NCBI GenBank assembly: GCA_045863235.1
Contig: BTUM01000028.1
Location: 18,117 to 82,116 of the forward strand
From: Candidatus Xenobia bacterium
Lineage (GTDB): Bacteria; Vulcanimicrobiota; Xenobia; Xenobiales; QWHO01
Direction: 5' to 3'
DNA length: 64,000 bases
Of the stretch, positions 20,701-29,565 are shown one piece after another (positions within the stretch are counted from its first letter, which is position 1; every line of letters starts with the position of its first letter). The translations under genes and the position numbers were made by a program. Below the pieces are notes generated by a model. The model did no database searches. It was not told the origin of the DNA and was given only the letters and a program-made list of their open reading frames with translations.

Positions 20701-21057
20701 TTGCTTGCCCGGGGGCACCAGCTCGGGAGCCCGGGCCAGCCGCTCGCCGGGCCTTTCCAACTGCTCGGCCGTGAACCCGTGCGCCAGGCTGCACAACTGG
20801 CAGAGCTGCTGGTAGCCCTGGCGGTCGGTCACCAGCAGCACCAGCAGAGCCTCCTCCACCCGCAGGCTGGCCCCGAAGATCGGCTGCACCTCGTGCTTGC
20901 GGCAGGCGGCCGCAAAGCGCACCAGCCCGTAGACCCCGAAGAGGTCGGTCAGGGCCAGCGCCGTCTGGCCCAGGCGCCGGGCCTGGCGCACCAGGGCCTC
21001 GGGCGACGAGCCCCCGGCCAGGAACGAGAACCAGCTACGGGCATGCAGGTGGACCAC
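17800..21057 (-). CDS. dnaE2: Error-prone DNA polymerase III alpha (DnaE2)
   Basis: Degenerate PHP domain, GRGSAANS, PDIDVDFD, IKFDVLGL, YGFCRSHA, C-terminal OB fold with RQRPPTANG. Confidence 0.88.
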   Translation of the reverse strand: MVHLHARSWFSFLAGGSSPEALVRQARRLGQTALALTDLFGVYGLVRFAAACRKHEVQPIFGASLRVEEALLVLLVTDRQGYQQLCQLCSLAHGFTAEQLERPGERLARAPELVPPGKQEPRSLSLEELAGRTGSMLCLTGGPEGKLDRLLRQRQSEQADRWLSRLREHFPDRLYVELVHRQQPGDGEAAARLHRLAARLGLPTVASNAVRYAEADDYAVYDALTCVRLGLSVGDPHRERPVNDSAWLCPASELARLLPYPEALEHTLEVAERCQMELLAEEITPPTALLPPGRKPDEYLRELCLQGWQRLYARQTEGEAISRSEAARRQLEHELEVVGALELEEFFLVVREVVDFARAQGIRCAGRGSAANSIIAYLLGITAVDPLAHNLLFERFLHRGRKGMPDIDVDFDSERREEVIAWMERRFGVEHSAMTANVITYRLKLAMRDMLKVLGYTPEQVDRAGRLVGHWDDLDDLRGRRAELAAVLGGEAMIAVLFRLVEKLQGCPRHLGLHSGGVVLAREPLSRFSPVQTSSGGVRQLQFDKDDIEALGLIKFDVLGLRMLAVLSEALELQRACDGTEIPLDELSLDDEPTFELIRSGKTLSLFQIESPGQVSLISRTQPGKFRDLVAQVALFRPGPLQGKMVNPYVERLCGNQPVSYPHPSLEPILADTFGVILFQEQVLEISHQFAGMSLDQADEFRRLMSKFRDPGSMQEMRAAFVEGARKTQGVSLELAEEVFRQVSAFVGYGFCRSHAAAFARTVYHSAYLKRHHPAAYMAAFLQHLPGFFPRSTVLEEIRPMGVPILPVDAWRSGVRYSLEPWQGKTAIRLPLTAVTGFSPELATRFVRRRAGTLDELLARVELPVDLWESLARAGAFDARHERREALWRVGLFRARASGRFVEAPRLQPGGPFGGPRAARSRRLRARAERPEQLPLVVELVDPALLPALEPLPTELALTWDYSTQGFSPREHPLARHRPWLQERGISPIAALHSAEDKARITLAGLVVLRQRPPTANGVMFLLLEDETERVQCVLPPPVYERFKTIVGREGAVIVSGLVERAGRYHRCLLLQDARPLGREVFALV

Positions 21058-21098
21058 CCGGTCAGCCGGAACAATACGTTAAGTTTCTCATTGTCGTG

Positions 21099-21128
21099 AG
21101 CATAGCAGTTTTCCTGGTTGTTCGTCAA
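21099..21128 (-). promoter_or_regulatory. Sigma70-type promoter of dnaE2
   Basis: TTGACG-N18-TATGCT with TGn and an AT-rich upstream tract. Confidence 0.6.
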
Positions 21129-21290
21129 ATTTAATAATATTTTTGGCTGCAAAAGGGGCGACTGCTATACTCATGCCGCATGGGACTCGGCGCCTCGGTC
21201 ATGTGCCAGTGCTTCCGGCTTGGTCTTTGCTCTACGCCTCCCGTGGATGCGAGTCGGATCCGGCGAAACCGGAAATCCCGTGCGCTGGTG

Positions 21291-22430
21291 CTAACTCTCC
21301 AGACGGGCAGCCAGGTCGCCCAACCCGATGAAACGAATCGGCAGGCCACCCATGGTGTGCTGGAAGGCAGGGTCGACATCCGAGGCTACCACCAGGTTCT
21401 CGCCCTCAGGATACTGCTGGCGAAAAGCACGCAGATTCCTGACATCGTAACCCCGGCTCGACCACTTGCACTCCAGGGCCGTCACCTGGTTGTGGCGGCC
21501 GGGCAAGACGAAGTCGACCTCATGCCCGCGCTTATCGCGCCAGTAGTGAACCCGAGTGCGCCGGGAACGCGCGTGGATCTCGTTAAATACGTAGTGCTCC
21601 CAGAGGTTGCCGAGATCCTCCGGGCGTAGCTCGCCCCAGCCCCTATAGTGGCAAACGAATCCCGTGTCGAATCCGTAGACTTTCGGGGCCGAGACGATCT
21701 CCGTACTGCGCCGCGTCGAGAACGGTCGCACCAGATGAACGACGTTCGTCGCATCCAGGACATCCAGGTAGTTGGTCACGGTAGGACGGCTGATCTCGCA
21801 GGGAGCGGCGAAGCGAGTGGCCTCGAACACCCCTCCACTTTGAGTGAGCAAGAGCTCCATCAAGCGTTGAAAGCCCCACCGCCGCTCCAGCCGAAAAAGC
21901 TCCTGAATGTCGCGCGCCCAGAAGGATTCCAGCCATTCCTCAAAATCGTGCTCGGCCCGTCCCGAGCTCAGAAAGAAGGGCGGCAACCCGCCCCGACCAA
22001 GCCTCCGCTTCAGGTCCGTCTCGCCAAAGTCGACCAGGTCCGCGCTCATCATCGGAGTGAGCCAGACATCGCTCTTGCGTCCTGTGAGCGTGTCGCGGAA
22101 CCTGGTGGATGCCTGCAGGGTGGATGACCCGGTGGCGATGACCCGGGTATCGGGGTAGTGATCGGCGGCAATCTTCAGCATTTCCGAAGGGTTCTGCAGG
22201 CGCTGGATCTCGTCCAGGACGACCTTTTTGCCTCGCAGCGAGCCAAGAAACGACTCCGGGTCCTCCAGCATGCGTCGGACTCGAGCAAGCTCGCAATCAA
22301 AGTACTCGACCTCGGGCAGGCTCTGGCAGAGCACGGTCTTGCCTGAGCGCCGCACGCCATGCAGCCAGACCACCGACCGTCTCTCCAGGGCCCGCTCGAG
22401 GGCTTGGAGCCAGAACGAGCGGATCTTCAT
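21291..22430 (-). CDS. AAA_14 ATPase with DUF4143 / PD-(D/E)xK C-terminus
   Basis: GVRRSGKT, VLDEIQ, TGSS, KVYGFDTG, EVDFV..LECK. Confidence 0.9.
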   Translation of the reverse strand: MKIRSFWLQALERALERRSVVWLHGVRRSGKTVLCQSLPEVEYFDCELARVRRMLEDPESFLGSLRGKKVVLDEIQRLQNPSEMLKIAADHYPDTRVIATGSSTLQASTRFRDTLTGRKSDVWLTPMMSADLVDFGETDLKRRLGRGGLPPFFLSSGRAEHDFEEWLESFWARDIQELFRLERRWGFQRLMELLLTQSGGVFEATRFAAPCEISRPTVTNYLDVLDATNVVHLVRPFSTRRSTEIVSAPKVYGFDTGFVCHYRGWGELRPEDLGNLWEHYVFNEIHARSRRTRVHYWRDKRGHEVDFVLPGRHNQVTALECKWSSRGYDVRNLRAFRQQYPEGENLVVASDVDPAFQHTMGGLPIRFIGLGDLAARLES

Positions 22431-22440
22431 GTAATCAGTA

Positions 22441-22465
22441 TTGCATAAAGTGCTACTCAATGCAA
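22441..22465. promoter_or_regulatory. Inverted repeat overlapping the ATPase promoter
   Basis: TTGCAT-N13-ATGCAA; minus strand reads TTGCAT-N17-AATACT 6 nt before ATG. Confidence 0.5.
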
Positions 22466-22640
22466 AAGTGTTTTCACTCGGCCCAAGTTGAAAGCATTCC
22501 TGAAGCGGTGGGCTGCTCCTGGGCTGGGCTCCCGGCTGCTCGTAGGCGACCTGGTCGCAGGTGTGAATGCTGGCTCTCTTTGGTGTTGGTATTGGGCGCC
22601 CGCGTAGGGGTCACACCACCGCACAGGGAAATCTACTCCC

Positions 22641-23162
22641 ATGAGTCTGGCCCTGCCCACCGGAGTTGACCGCTTTGAGATCGTGCGAGGAGAAGTCGTT
22701 GCTTTGAGCCCCACTGGAGGCACCCATGGTCAGGTAGAATGCAATGCCCTGCTGGTTCTTGCTGGCCCGGTCAAGGCGCAGAGATTGGGCAGGCTCTATG
22801 TCGGGGAAGTCGGGGTGGTCATCGAGCAAGACCCTCTGACCGTTCGAGGAGCCGACGTGGCTTTCGTTCACCGCGACCAGGGACCGGTCGCAACCAGCCC
22901 GGAAGGCTATCTTCTGACTCCTCCGGCCCTGGTGGTCGAAGTGCTGTCTCCCAATGACCGCGCCAGTGAGGTCGAGGGCAAGGTCCAGGAATACCTGCAG
23001 GCCGGGGTCCAGGTCGTTCTGCTGCTCGATCCACAGAACCTGTGCGCAACGCTGGCTCGCCCCAATTCTACCAGGCTTGTTCTGCAAGCCAACGAGCGTC
23101 TCGAGCTGCCCGAGTTGCTGCCCGACTGGTCGGTGGCGGTGGGGGAGTTCTTCGAGGAGTAG
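22641..23162 (+). CDS. Uma2-family (DUF820) endonuclease
   Basis: EIVRGEV, H, DVAFV, LVVEVLSP, KxxEY..AGV motifs. Confidence 0.9.
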   Translation: MSLALPTGVDRFEIVRGEVVALSPTGGTHGQVECNALLVLAGPVKAQRLGRLYVGEVGVVIEQDPLTVRGADVAFVHRDQGPVATSPEGYLLTPPALVVEVLSPNDRASEVEGKVQEYLQAGVQVVLLLDPQNLCATLARPNSTRLVLQANERLELPELLPDWSVAVGEFFEE

Positions 23163-23292
23163 CCTCGAGCCTGGGAACCACCTGGCCCGGGCCGCTCTGG
23201 CAAGTGGGTAGACCGACCTCTCAGCCCTTCGGAGGCAGAAACCTCTTCACGCCAGGAGTGACCATCCCTTACGGCGTCGAAGCTTGCTGTCC

Positions 23293-24618
23293 ATGGCGCG
23301 CCTTTTCATCCTGCTGGTCCTGCTCGTCTCCATCGCCCGAGCCGAGTCCCAGCTCGACCCGGTGCAGATCAAGATCCTCACCGATCCCCCCGGGGCCGAA
23401 GTCATTCTCGAGCGTCGCGGGGCGCTCGACCCCAACGACCGCACCTCGGTGGGAACGAGCGGCACCAGGCCTCTGATCCTGCGAGTGCCCCGCGAGCAGA
23501 AGACCGTGACCCTGCACCTGGAGCACTGGCTGTGCGAGCCGCGCATCGTCACCCTGGAGCTCGACCCCTACCGGGCCAACCTCAAAGATACCTACGGGCC
23601 CGAGAAGCTGCAGTACCGCTCCTGGGCCCACGCTCTGCTCGACAAGCTGCAGTCCTGGGTGACCGCCCTGCTGGCCCTGGTGCTGGTGGCCGTGGGGCTG
23701 TACGTGCGCCAGTGGCGTCAGGCGGACCGGATGCGCCGTCAGGCCGCCCTCGATTCGGCCCGGGCCGGCGAGATCCTCAACCTCATCGTGCCCGCCGCCG
23801 GTGACCCGATGGTGGGGGCGCGGCTGGACGTCTACCGGCTCACCGAGAAGCTGGGCCAGGGCGGCATGGCTCGCGTCTACAAAGGGCAGCCTGAGGGCGG
23901 GAGCGAGCACGAGGCGGTGGCCATCAAGATCCTGGACGCCGAGCTGGCCACCGAGGAGCAGTTCGTGCGCCGTTTCAACCGCGAGAAGGACGTCTACGCC
24001 GACCTCAACCACCCCAACATCGTGCGCGTGTTGGGTTTTGGAACCTTCCAGGAGCACTATTACCTGGTGATGGAGCTGATTCGCGGCACAACTCTGCGCA
24101 AGCACATCACCGGGCAGGGGATTCCCCCGGACAAGGTCCTGCGCTACCTGCGCCCGGTCTTCCAGGCCGTGGCCTACGCCCACTCGCGAGGAATCGTGCA
24201 CCGTGACCTCAAGCCTGAGAACATCATGGTGACCGACGGCGGGCGCATCAAGGTCATGGACTTCGGCATGGCCGCCGGGCAGGCATATTCGGCCGTCACG
24301 GTGACCGGCTCGCTGCTGGGCACCCCGGTCTATATGGCCCCCGAGCAGGCTCAGGGGCAGCTGGATCCGCGCTCGGACCAGTACGCGCTGGGCATCATGG
24401 TGTACGAGATGCTCACCGGCAAGCCACCCTTTTTGGACGATAACCCCGTCAATATCGTGCTCAAGCACCTGGGCGAGGAGCCCCCCTCGCTGGCCGAGAT
24501 CCGACCCGAATTCGAGGGGGTGGCCCCGGTGGTGCAGCGCATGCTGGCCAAGTCGCCCGACGATCGCTACCCCGATGTCGAGCAGGCCCTGGCCGCGCTC
24601 GAGAAGGTGCTCCGATGA
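23293..24618 (+). CDS. Hanks Ser/Thr kinase with signal peptide, PEGA-like ectodomain and TM before the kinase
   Basis: [25 protein letters not shown]-terminal signal and TDPPGAEV. Confidence 0.92.
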   Translation: MARLFILLVLLVSIARAESQLDPVQIKILTDPPGAEVILERRGALDPNDRTSVGTSGTRPLILRVPREQKTVTLHLEHWLCEPRIVTLELDPYRANLKDTYGPEKLQYRSWAHALLDKLQSWVTALLALVLVAVGLYVRQWRQADRMRRQAALDSARAGEILNLIVPAAGDPMVGARLDVYRLTEKLGQGGMARVYKGQPEGGSEHEAVAIKILDAELATEEQFVRRFNREKDVYADLNHPNIVRVLGFGTFQEHYYLVMELIRGTTLRKHITGQGIPPDKVLRYLRPVFQAVAYAHSRGIVHRDLKPENIMVTDGGRIKVMDFGMAAGQAYSAVTVTGSLLGTPVYMAPEQAQGQLDPRSDQYALGIMVYEMLTGKPPFLDDNPVNIVLKHLGEEPPSLAEIRPEFEGVAPVVQRMLAKSPDDRYPDVEQALAALEKVLR

Positions 24619-25283
24619 CCCGTCGAGCCTACTCGCTGATCGAGATCATCTTCTCTCTGGCCCTGATCGGGCTGGTCGCGGGGCTCAGCCTGGGCTTTCT
24701 GTTCCCGGCCTTGCGCGCTTCGGTGCGGGGCACGCTGCGGGTGGAGATGCAGCAGCAGGCGGTCACGGCCCTCAACCGGCTGTGCGGCGACGTGCGCCGC
24801 ACCTCGGTGGCGGGCTTGAGCCTGCGAAGCGGCACTCCTCCCATCGCCGTGGCCGCTTGCCCGGTCAGCGGACCCGACCTGCGGCTCGGGCAGGCCGGCC
24901 CCCTGCAGCCGGACGGAACGGTGGTCTGGAGCGACTTTTTCATCCTCTACTACCTGGACGAGACCAGCCGCAAGCTCATGCGCCGCGAGTGGCCCCCCGG
25001 TCCTCCGGCCGCCACCACCGAGGAGACGACCATCGTCAAGCCGCGCCGGCTCTCCCCGGCCCGGCTGGCCCAGATTGTGGCCCAGCCCGGGAGCAATGAG
25101 ATGGTGCTGGCCACCGAGGTGACGCGCTTTGAGATCGAGCATGCTCCCGGAGGCAGCGATGGCGAGGTGAAGCAGCCCATTCGGTTCCGCCTGGTGCTCG
25201 AGCGGCGAGGCAACACCGGGCACCAGAGCCAGGAGCGCTTTATCTATACCCGCTCGGTCTTCTTGAGGAACCAGAAGACGTGA
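24615..25283 (+). CDS. Minor pilin/pseudopilin (PilW-like)
   Basis: RRA-YSLIEII prepilin-type N-terminus; ATGA overlap with kinase. Confidence 0.78.
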   Translation: MTRRAYSLIEIIFSLALIGLVAGLSLGFLFPALRASVRGTLRVEMQQQAVTALNRLCGDVRRTSVAGLSLRSGTPPIAVAACPVSGPDLRLGQAGPLQPDGTVVWSDFFILYYLDETSRKLMRREWPPGPPAATTEETTIVKPRRLSPARLAQIVAQPGSNEMVLATEVTRFEIEHAPGGSDGEVKQPIRFRLVLERRGNTGHQSQERFIYTRSVFLRNQKT

Positions 25284-25705
25284 GCCGACGGGGCGTCTCG
25301 CTGGTCGAGCTGATCTTCACGGCCACCTTGTTGTCGCTGGTCTTCCTGGTGCTGCTGAGCCTGCTGCCCAGCAGCCTGATGAGCGTGCGCCAGGGCGAGC
25401 ACCGCCTGCACGCCAACGCGCTGGCCCAGGCCATTCTGGACGAGTGCGCCTCGGGTCCCTTCGCCGATCTGGAGGTGGACCGGACCTACCTGCCCTCCTC
25501 TCCCGGGCCTCTGGGTCAGATGCTGCAGCGACAGCAGCTTCGGCTCGACGACGGCACGGTCTTCGAGCCCACGCTGGAGGTATCCGGCGTCCCTGGAATC
25601 GCCCGCACCAGCCTGGCCCACGTGCGCATCACGCTGACCTGGAAGGAGAAGACCAGCCGACCGGTCGTGGTGCGCGAGCTGGACATCTCCAGCATCCTGC
25701 GCTGA
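25280..25705 (+). CDS. Minor pilin/pseudopilin (PilV-like)
   Basis: RRG-VSLVELI prepilin-type N-terminus; GTGA overlap. Confidence 0.78.
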   Translation: MSRRGVSLVELIFTATLLSLVFLVLLSLLPSSLMSVRQGEHRLHANALAQAILDECASGPFADLEVDRTYLPSSPGPLGQMLQRQQLRLDDGTVFEPTLEVSGVPGIARTSLAHVRITLTWKEKTSRPVVVRELDISSILR

Positions 25706-25708
25706 AGC

Positions 25709-27151
25709 TCACGGATCAGGCAGAAATCCGCGCTGGCCGGTCGGGTTGAGCTCTCGGCCCTGAGGCCGGGGACGGAAGACCAGCGACCAGAGGAAGTGTG
25801 TCCTCAGCTCGTTCTCAAACTCGGGATCGTCGTCTGGAATCGTCCCCCGGTGCACGGGAAAGGAATCCTGTGGCCCGCTGGCGGTCCAGCCGGCTTGCTG
25901 GTGGCAACCCATGCAGTTGCTCAGGGGGCCGAGGGCAAAGCCGGCCTCCAGGTAGGGGTTGAAGGTCACCCGTGGGCTCTGGTCGCTCTCCCTGGGCAGG
26001 TCGGCGCTCAAGGTCGTGTTCATGCGGAACTGGTCGAACGGAGGGGCAACCGAGGCCGGAACGTCTACTCCGTACGGCCCTCGGGGCTCGTCGTGCCACC
26101 AGAAAGTGGCCCACACCCAGTCGGACGCTTCCCGGGTGGTGACGTGGACCGCCACCAGCGCCAGGGAGTCCTCCTGGGTGAGCGGCCGACCCCAGAAGCT
26201 CCTTGCCACCTGCCCCATAAGCCCCTGGTTCAGCCGCTCCACCGTGTTCGCATCGTTGAGCTGCAGCAGGAAGAACCGGTCGAGGGGCACTACGCGGGCC
26301 TGGCGGGTGACAAGGCGCTGATAGCTCAGGTCCTCGGGGTCGAAGAAGGCGACCTCGGTGGTGAGACCGGGGGGCAAGCTGGAAGTGGGATCGATGGCCA
26401 CCACCCGGCGAAACACGCCCCACTCGTTGCCGTGCTTCTCGTGGCTCTTCAGCTCGGCCGCCTGTTCCGGGGAGAGCGTTCCAAAGAATCCGCGGTCCAC
26501 CAGCTGGCCCACCCCGGTCCCCCAATCGAGCGGTCGGGTGGGCTCGTTGTCCCAGACCGGGAAAGCGGTCAGTCCGTCGTGTCGCACAGGCCACCACACG
26601 GTCTTGACGGCCATCGCCTCGGGCGGGAAGTCGACCACATTGGAGGCTTTGCCCACCAGGGCCTGCAAGGTGTCCCGCCACTGGTAACCATGGGCTCGCA
26701 CGTGGTCGCGGTAGGCCTGGTTGTACACGTTGCACTCGGTGGGCGGATTGCCGTCCCCAAACGAATCCGGACCGCCTACCAGGATGCGGGGAGTGAGGAC
26801 CCGCGGATTCTGGAGCGTGCCTTCCCCGAAGATCTCGGCATTCTGGTACCAGGTCAAGAAGACCGGGAGCCCGGAATTGCTCTGGGCGGTCAGAGCGGCC
26901 CAGGCACTCCAGGCATGGCGTCGGATCGACGCCTCATCGCCGCGGGCCAGGTAGCCGTAAAGGGTCTCCTGCGACTCCGGGAATCCCGTCACCGGGCCCG
27001 GAGGAGCATACTCGACCGGGCTGCCGAAGCGAGCCGTTATCCGCGGAGCGGGAGGGGGAGGCTCGGCCGTGGTGCTGACCTGTGACCCACCGCACCCTCC
27101 CAGGACAAGGATCGACCCGAGCAAGAGAATACAGTGGGGCAGGTTGCGCAT
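25709..27151 (-). CDS. Monoheme c-type cytochrome lipoprotein
   Basis: Lipobox LGGC; single CMGCH near C-terminus. Confidence 0.7.
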   Translation of the reverse strand: MRNLPHCILLLGSILVLGGCGGSQVSTTAEPPPPAPRITARFGSPVEYAPPGPVTGFPESQETLYGYLARGDEASIRRHAWSAWAALTAQSNSGLPVFLTWYQNAEIFGEGTLQNPRVLTPRILVGGPDSFGDGNPPTECNVYNQAYRDHVRAHGYQWRDTLQALVGKASNVVDFPPEAMAVKTVWWPVRHDGLTAFPVWDNEPTRPLDWGTGVGQLVDRGFFGTLSPEQAAELKSHEKHGNEWGVFRRVVAIDPTSSLPPGLTTEVAFFDPEDLSYQRLVTRQARVVPLDRFFLLQLNDANTVERLNQGLMGQVARSFWGRPLTQEDSLALVAVHVTTREASDWVWATFWWHDEPRGPYGVDVPASVAPPFDQFRMNTTLSADLPRESDQSPRVTFNPYLEAGFALGPLSNCMGCHQQAGWTASGPQDSFPVHRGTIPDDDPEFENELRTHFLWSLVFRPRPQGRELNPTGQRGFLPDP

Positions 27152-27220
27152 TCGAGTGTCGTTCGACTCACAGGCTCGAACTCTTCCCCACAAAGCTTGA
27201 CGCGACGAGAGTTCGGTGCC

Positions 27221-28279
27221 CTATCGCGGCTGAGGAGCCGGCACCTTCTGCGGAACCACCTCGCGCACCAGCTTGCGCTTCCCCCCGCTTATCTCGACCA
27301 GGAAGACGCTCTTGCGCGGGATGCGCTGGCCTTCGTCATACGCAAGCCGGCCGGTCAGCCCGCTGAACTCGCGCGTATCGGCCATCGCCTTGCGGATGCG
27401 CTCGGGCTCGAACGATCCGGCCCGCACCATGGCGCTGGCCAGCAGCATCATCGTGTCGTAGCCCAGGGCCGAGAAAGCATCCGGCGGCTCGCCGTAGACC
27501 TCGGTATAGCGCTGCACGAACTCCGGATGCCGATCGAGGAAGGCATGGGTGGTGAAGTAGACCTGGTCGACCTGCCAGCCTGCCAGGTCCAGGCTGTCCC
27601 CGCCCAGGATGGGTCCGCTGAAGCCGGCGGAGCGCAGCTCGGCGGCCTTGCTCTGGGCCGCCTCGGGCCCAACGGCCAGAAAGACCAGGTCGGCCCCATC
27701 CTCGGTCAGCTGGCCTCCCAGCTCGACAAAACGCGCTTTGAAATAGCCTGAGAGGAGGCGCGTGTACTCCATCTCTTCATCCACCACCAGGCGCACCTTG
27801 CGGTGGCCCTGCTCGTAAGCCCACTCGGCCGCCGCGGCGGCCTGCACGTTGTCGCCGAAACAGGCCAGGTAGAGGTAGGTGGGCACCTGCTCGGGCAGCC
27901 GGGGCGAGGTGGCCCCCGAGGTCACAAACAACCGCTTGAAGGCAGCCGCCTCGGGAGCGGCGGCCAGCACCATGTCCGTATCCGACAGGCCGATCAGGGC
28001 CCGGGTGTGGCCGTCGTCATGCAAGATGTCCCGGGTCTTGCGGGCGATCACGGCCGGGTCGGACTGCCCGTCCTCCAGGCGCAGGCGCAGCCTGTGGCCG
28101 CGGATGCCGCCTCCGGCGTTGAGGTCGGACACGGCCAGGCGGGCTCCCCGGGCCGAGGGCACGTCCAGACCGGCCTGCGAGCCGGTCAGGTTGTAGACAG
28201 CCCCGATCACGATCGGGTCGGCTCGGGCGGCCCAGGCCACCAGAGTGAGAGCCAGCACCATCAGCAGCACGCGCTTCAT
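27221..28279 (-). CDS. ABC substrate-binding protein, LivJ/LivK family
   Basis: Signal peptide; IGAVYNLTG, NAGGGIRG, SGATSP, GYD, GLTG. Confidence 0.88.
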   Translation of the reverse strand: MKRVLLMVLALTLVAWAARADPIVIGAVYNLTGSQAGLDVPSARGARLAVSDLNAGGGIRGHRLRLRLEDGQSDPAVIARKTRDILHDDGHTRALIGLSDTDMVLAAAPEAAAFKRLFVTSGATSPRLPEQVPTYLYLACFGDNVQAAAAAEWAYEQGHRKVRLVVDEEMEYTRLLSGYFKARFVELGGQLTEDGADLVFLAVGPEAAQSKAAELRSAGFSGPILGGDSLDLAGWQVDQVYFTTHAFLDRHPEFVQRYTEVYGEPPDAFSALGYDTMMLLASAMVRAGSFEPERIRKAMADTREFSGLTGRLAYDEGQRIPRKSVFLVEISGGKRKLVREVVPQKVPAPQPR

Positions 28280-29535
28280 GGCTTGCTCTTCTGGCGTCCG
28301 ATGATCAGGCGCACCCCCCACTTCCAGGTCAGATACGACCATGTCCAGCGGGCAAAGACCAGGGCCCGATTCTGCAGATCGGCGATGCGGAAAAGGTGCA
28401 GCCAGAGCCAGGCCAGCCAGGCTGGGAGGCCGGTCAGCTGCAGCCATCCCCACTGGAAGACGGCGGCCGAGCGGCCCAGCGTGGCGATGTGCTCGCGCTC
28501 GCGGTAGCGGAAGGGAATTGGCTCTTGTCCTTTGATCTCTCGCAGCACGTTGCGGGCCGCGTGGGCGCCCTGGGCCATGGCCACCGGGGCCATCCCGGGC
28601 AGTCCGTTGAGCGAGGTCATGTCGCCGGCGCAGTAGACTCGGTCCGAAAGGCGCAGGTCGGGAGCGATCTGCACCCTACCCACCCGGTCGTGCTCGCTCG
28701 GCAGCGTGCGGGTCAGCTCGGTGGCCTGCACGCCGGCCGTCCAGACCACCGTCCGGGCCTCCACCGAGCGGCTCCGGGTGGCCACCCGGCCTTCCTCCAC
28801 CGACTCCACCCGCTCCCCCAGCCACACCTCTACCCCCAGCCTCTCGAGGTGCTTGCGGGCGCTGGCCGAGAGCTTGCTCGAATAGCCCGAGAGAATGCGC
28901 TCCCCGGCCTCGATCAGCACCACCCGGGCCTGCTCCGGGCGAATCTGGCGAAAATCCCAGCGCAGCACGTGGCGACGAAGCTCGGCGAAGGCGCCGGCCA
29001 GCTCCACCCCGGTGGGGCCGCCTCCTACCACCACCGTGGTCATGAGCTTCTCGCGCATGGCTGGATCCTTCTCCCCCTCGGCCTTCTCAAAGCCGAGCAG
29101 CACGCTCTCGCGAATGGTCACCGCCTCGGCCGCCGACTTGAGGCCCGGGGCGTGGACCGCCCACTCGGGATGGCCAAAGTACGAGCTCTTGACCCCCACG
29201 GCCAGGATCAGGTAGTCGTACTCGAGCCGGGTGTGACCGTCCAGCATCAGGGCGCGCTCGTCACTCAAGACAGCGGTGACCTCGCCCATGCGCACGCTCG
29301 CGTTCTTCTGCTTGCCCAGCAGGGCCCGAACGGGCGTGGCCACCTCGGCCGGGCTGAGGCCGGCCGAGGCCACCTGGTAGAGCAGGGCCTGGAACAGGTG
29401 ATGATTGGTGCGGTCCACCACCACCACCTCGAGGTTCTCGTTCTTCAGGGCCCGGGCGGCCGACAGTCCCGCGAACCCGGCCCCCACGATCACGACGCGC
29501 GTCACGCCGGCGGGTTTCGGTTGCGCCCGAGCCAT
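28276..29535 (-). CDS. ndh: Type II NADH dehydrogenase
   Basis: GAGFAG, HLFQALLYQVA, GGGPTGVELAG, WTAGV, GD, AMAQG. Confidence 0.9.
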   Translation of the reverse strand: MARAQPKPAGVTRVVIVGAGFAGLSAARALKNENLEVVVVDRTNHHLFQALLYQVASAGLSPAEVATPVRALLGKQKNASVRMGEVTAVLSDERALMLDGHTRLEYDYLILAVGVKSSYFGHPEWAVHAPGLKSAAEAVTIRESVLLGFEKAEGEKDPAMREKLMTTVVVGGGPTGVELAGAFAELRRHVLRWDFRQIRPEQARVVLIEAGERILSGYSSKLSASARKHLERLGVEVWLGERVESVEEGRVATRSRSVEARTVVWTAGVQATELTRTLPSEHDRVGRVQIAPDLRLSDRVYCAGDMTSLNGLPGMAPVAMAQGAHAARNVLREIKGQEPIPFRYREREHIATLGRSAAVFQWGWLQLTGLPAWLAWLWLHLFRIADLQNRALVFARWTWSYLTWKWGVRLIIGRQKSKP

Positions 29536-29565
29536 TCCTCCGTTTTGTCTGCTAAACTCTAAGCC

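Noticed and set aside
21065..21085. Possible SOS box before dnaE2
   Set aside because: Best match TAAC-N5-GTTC has the wrong spacing for GAAC-N4-GTTC
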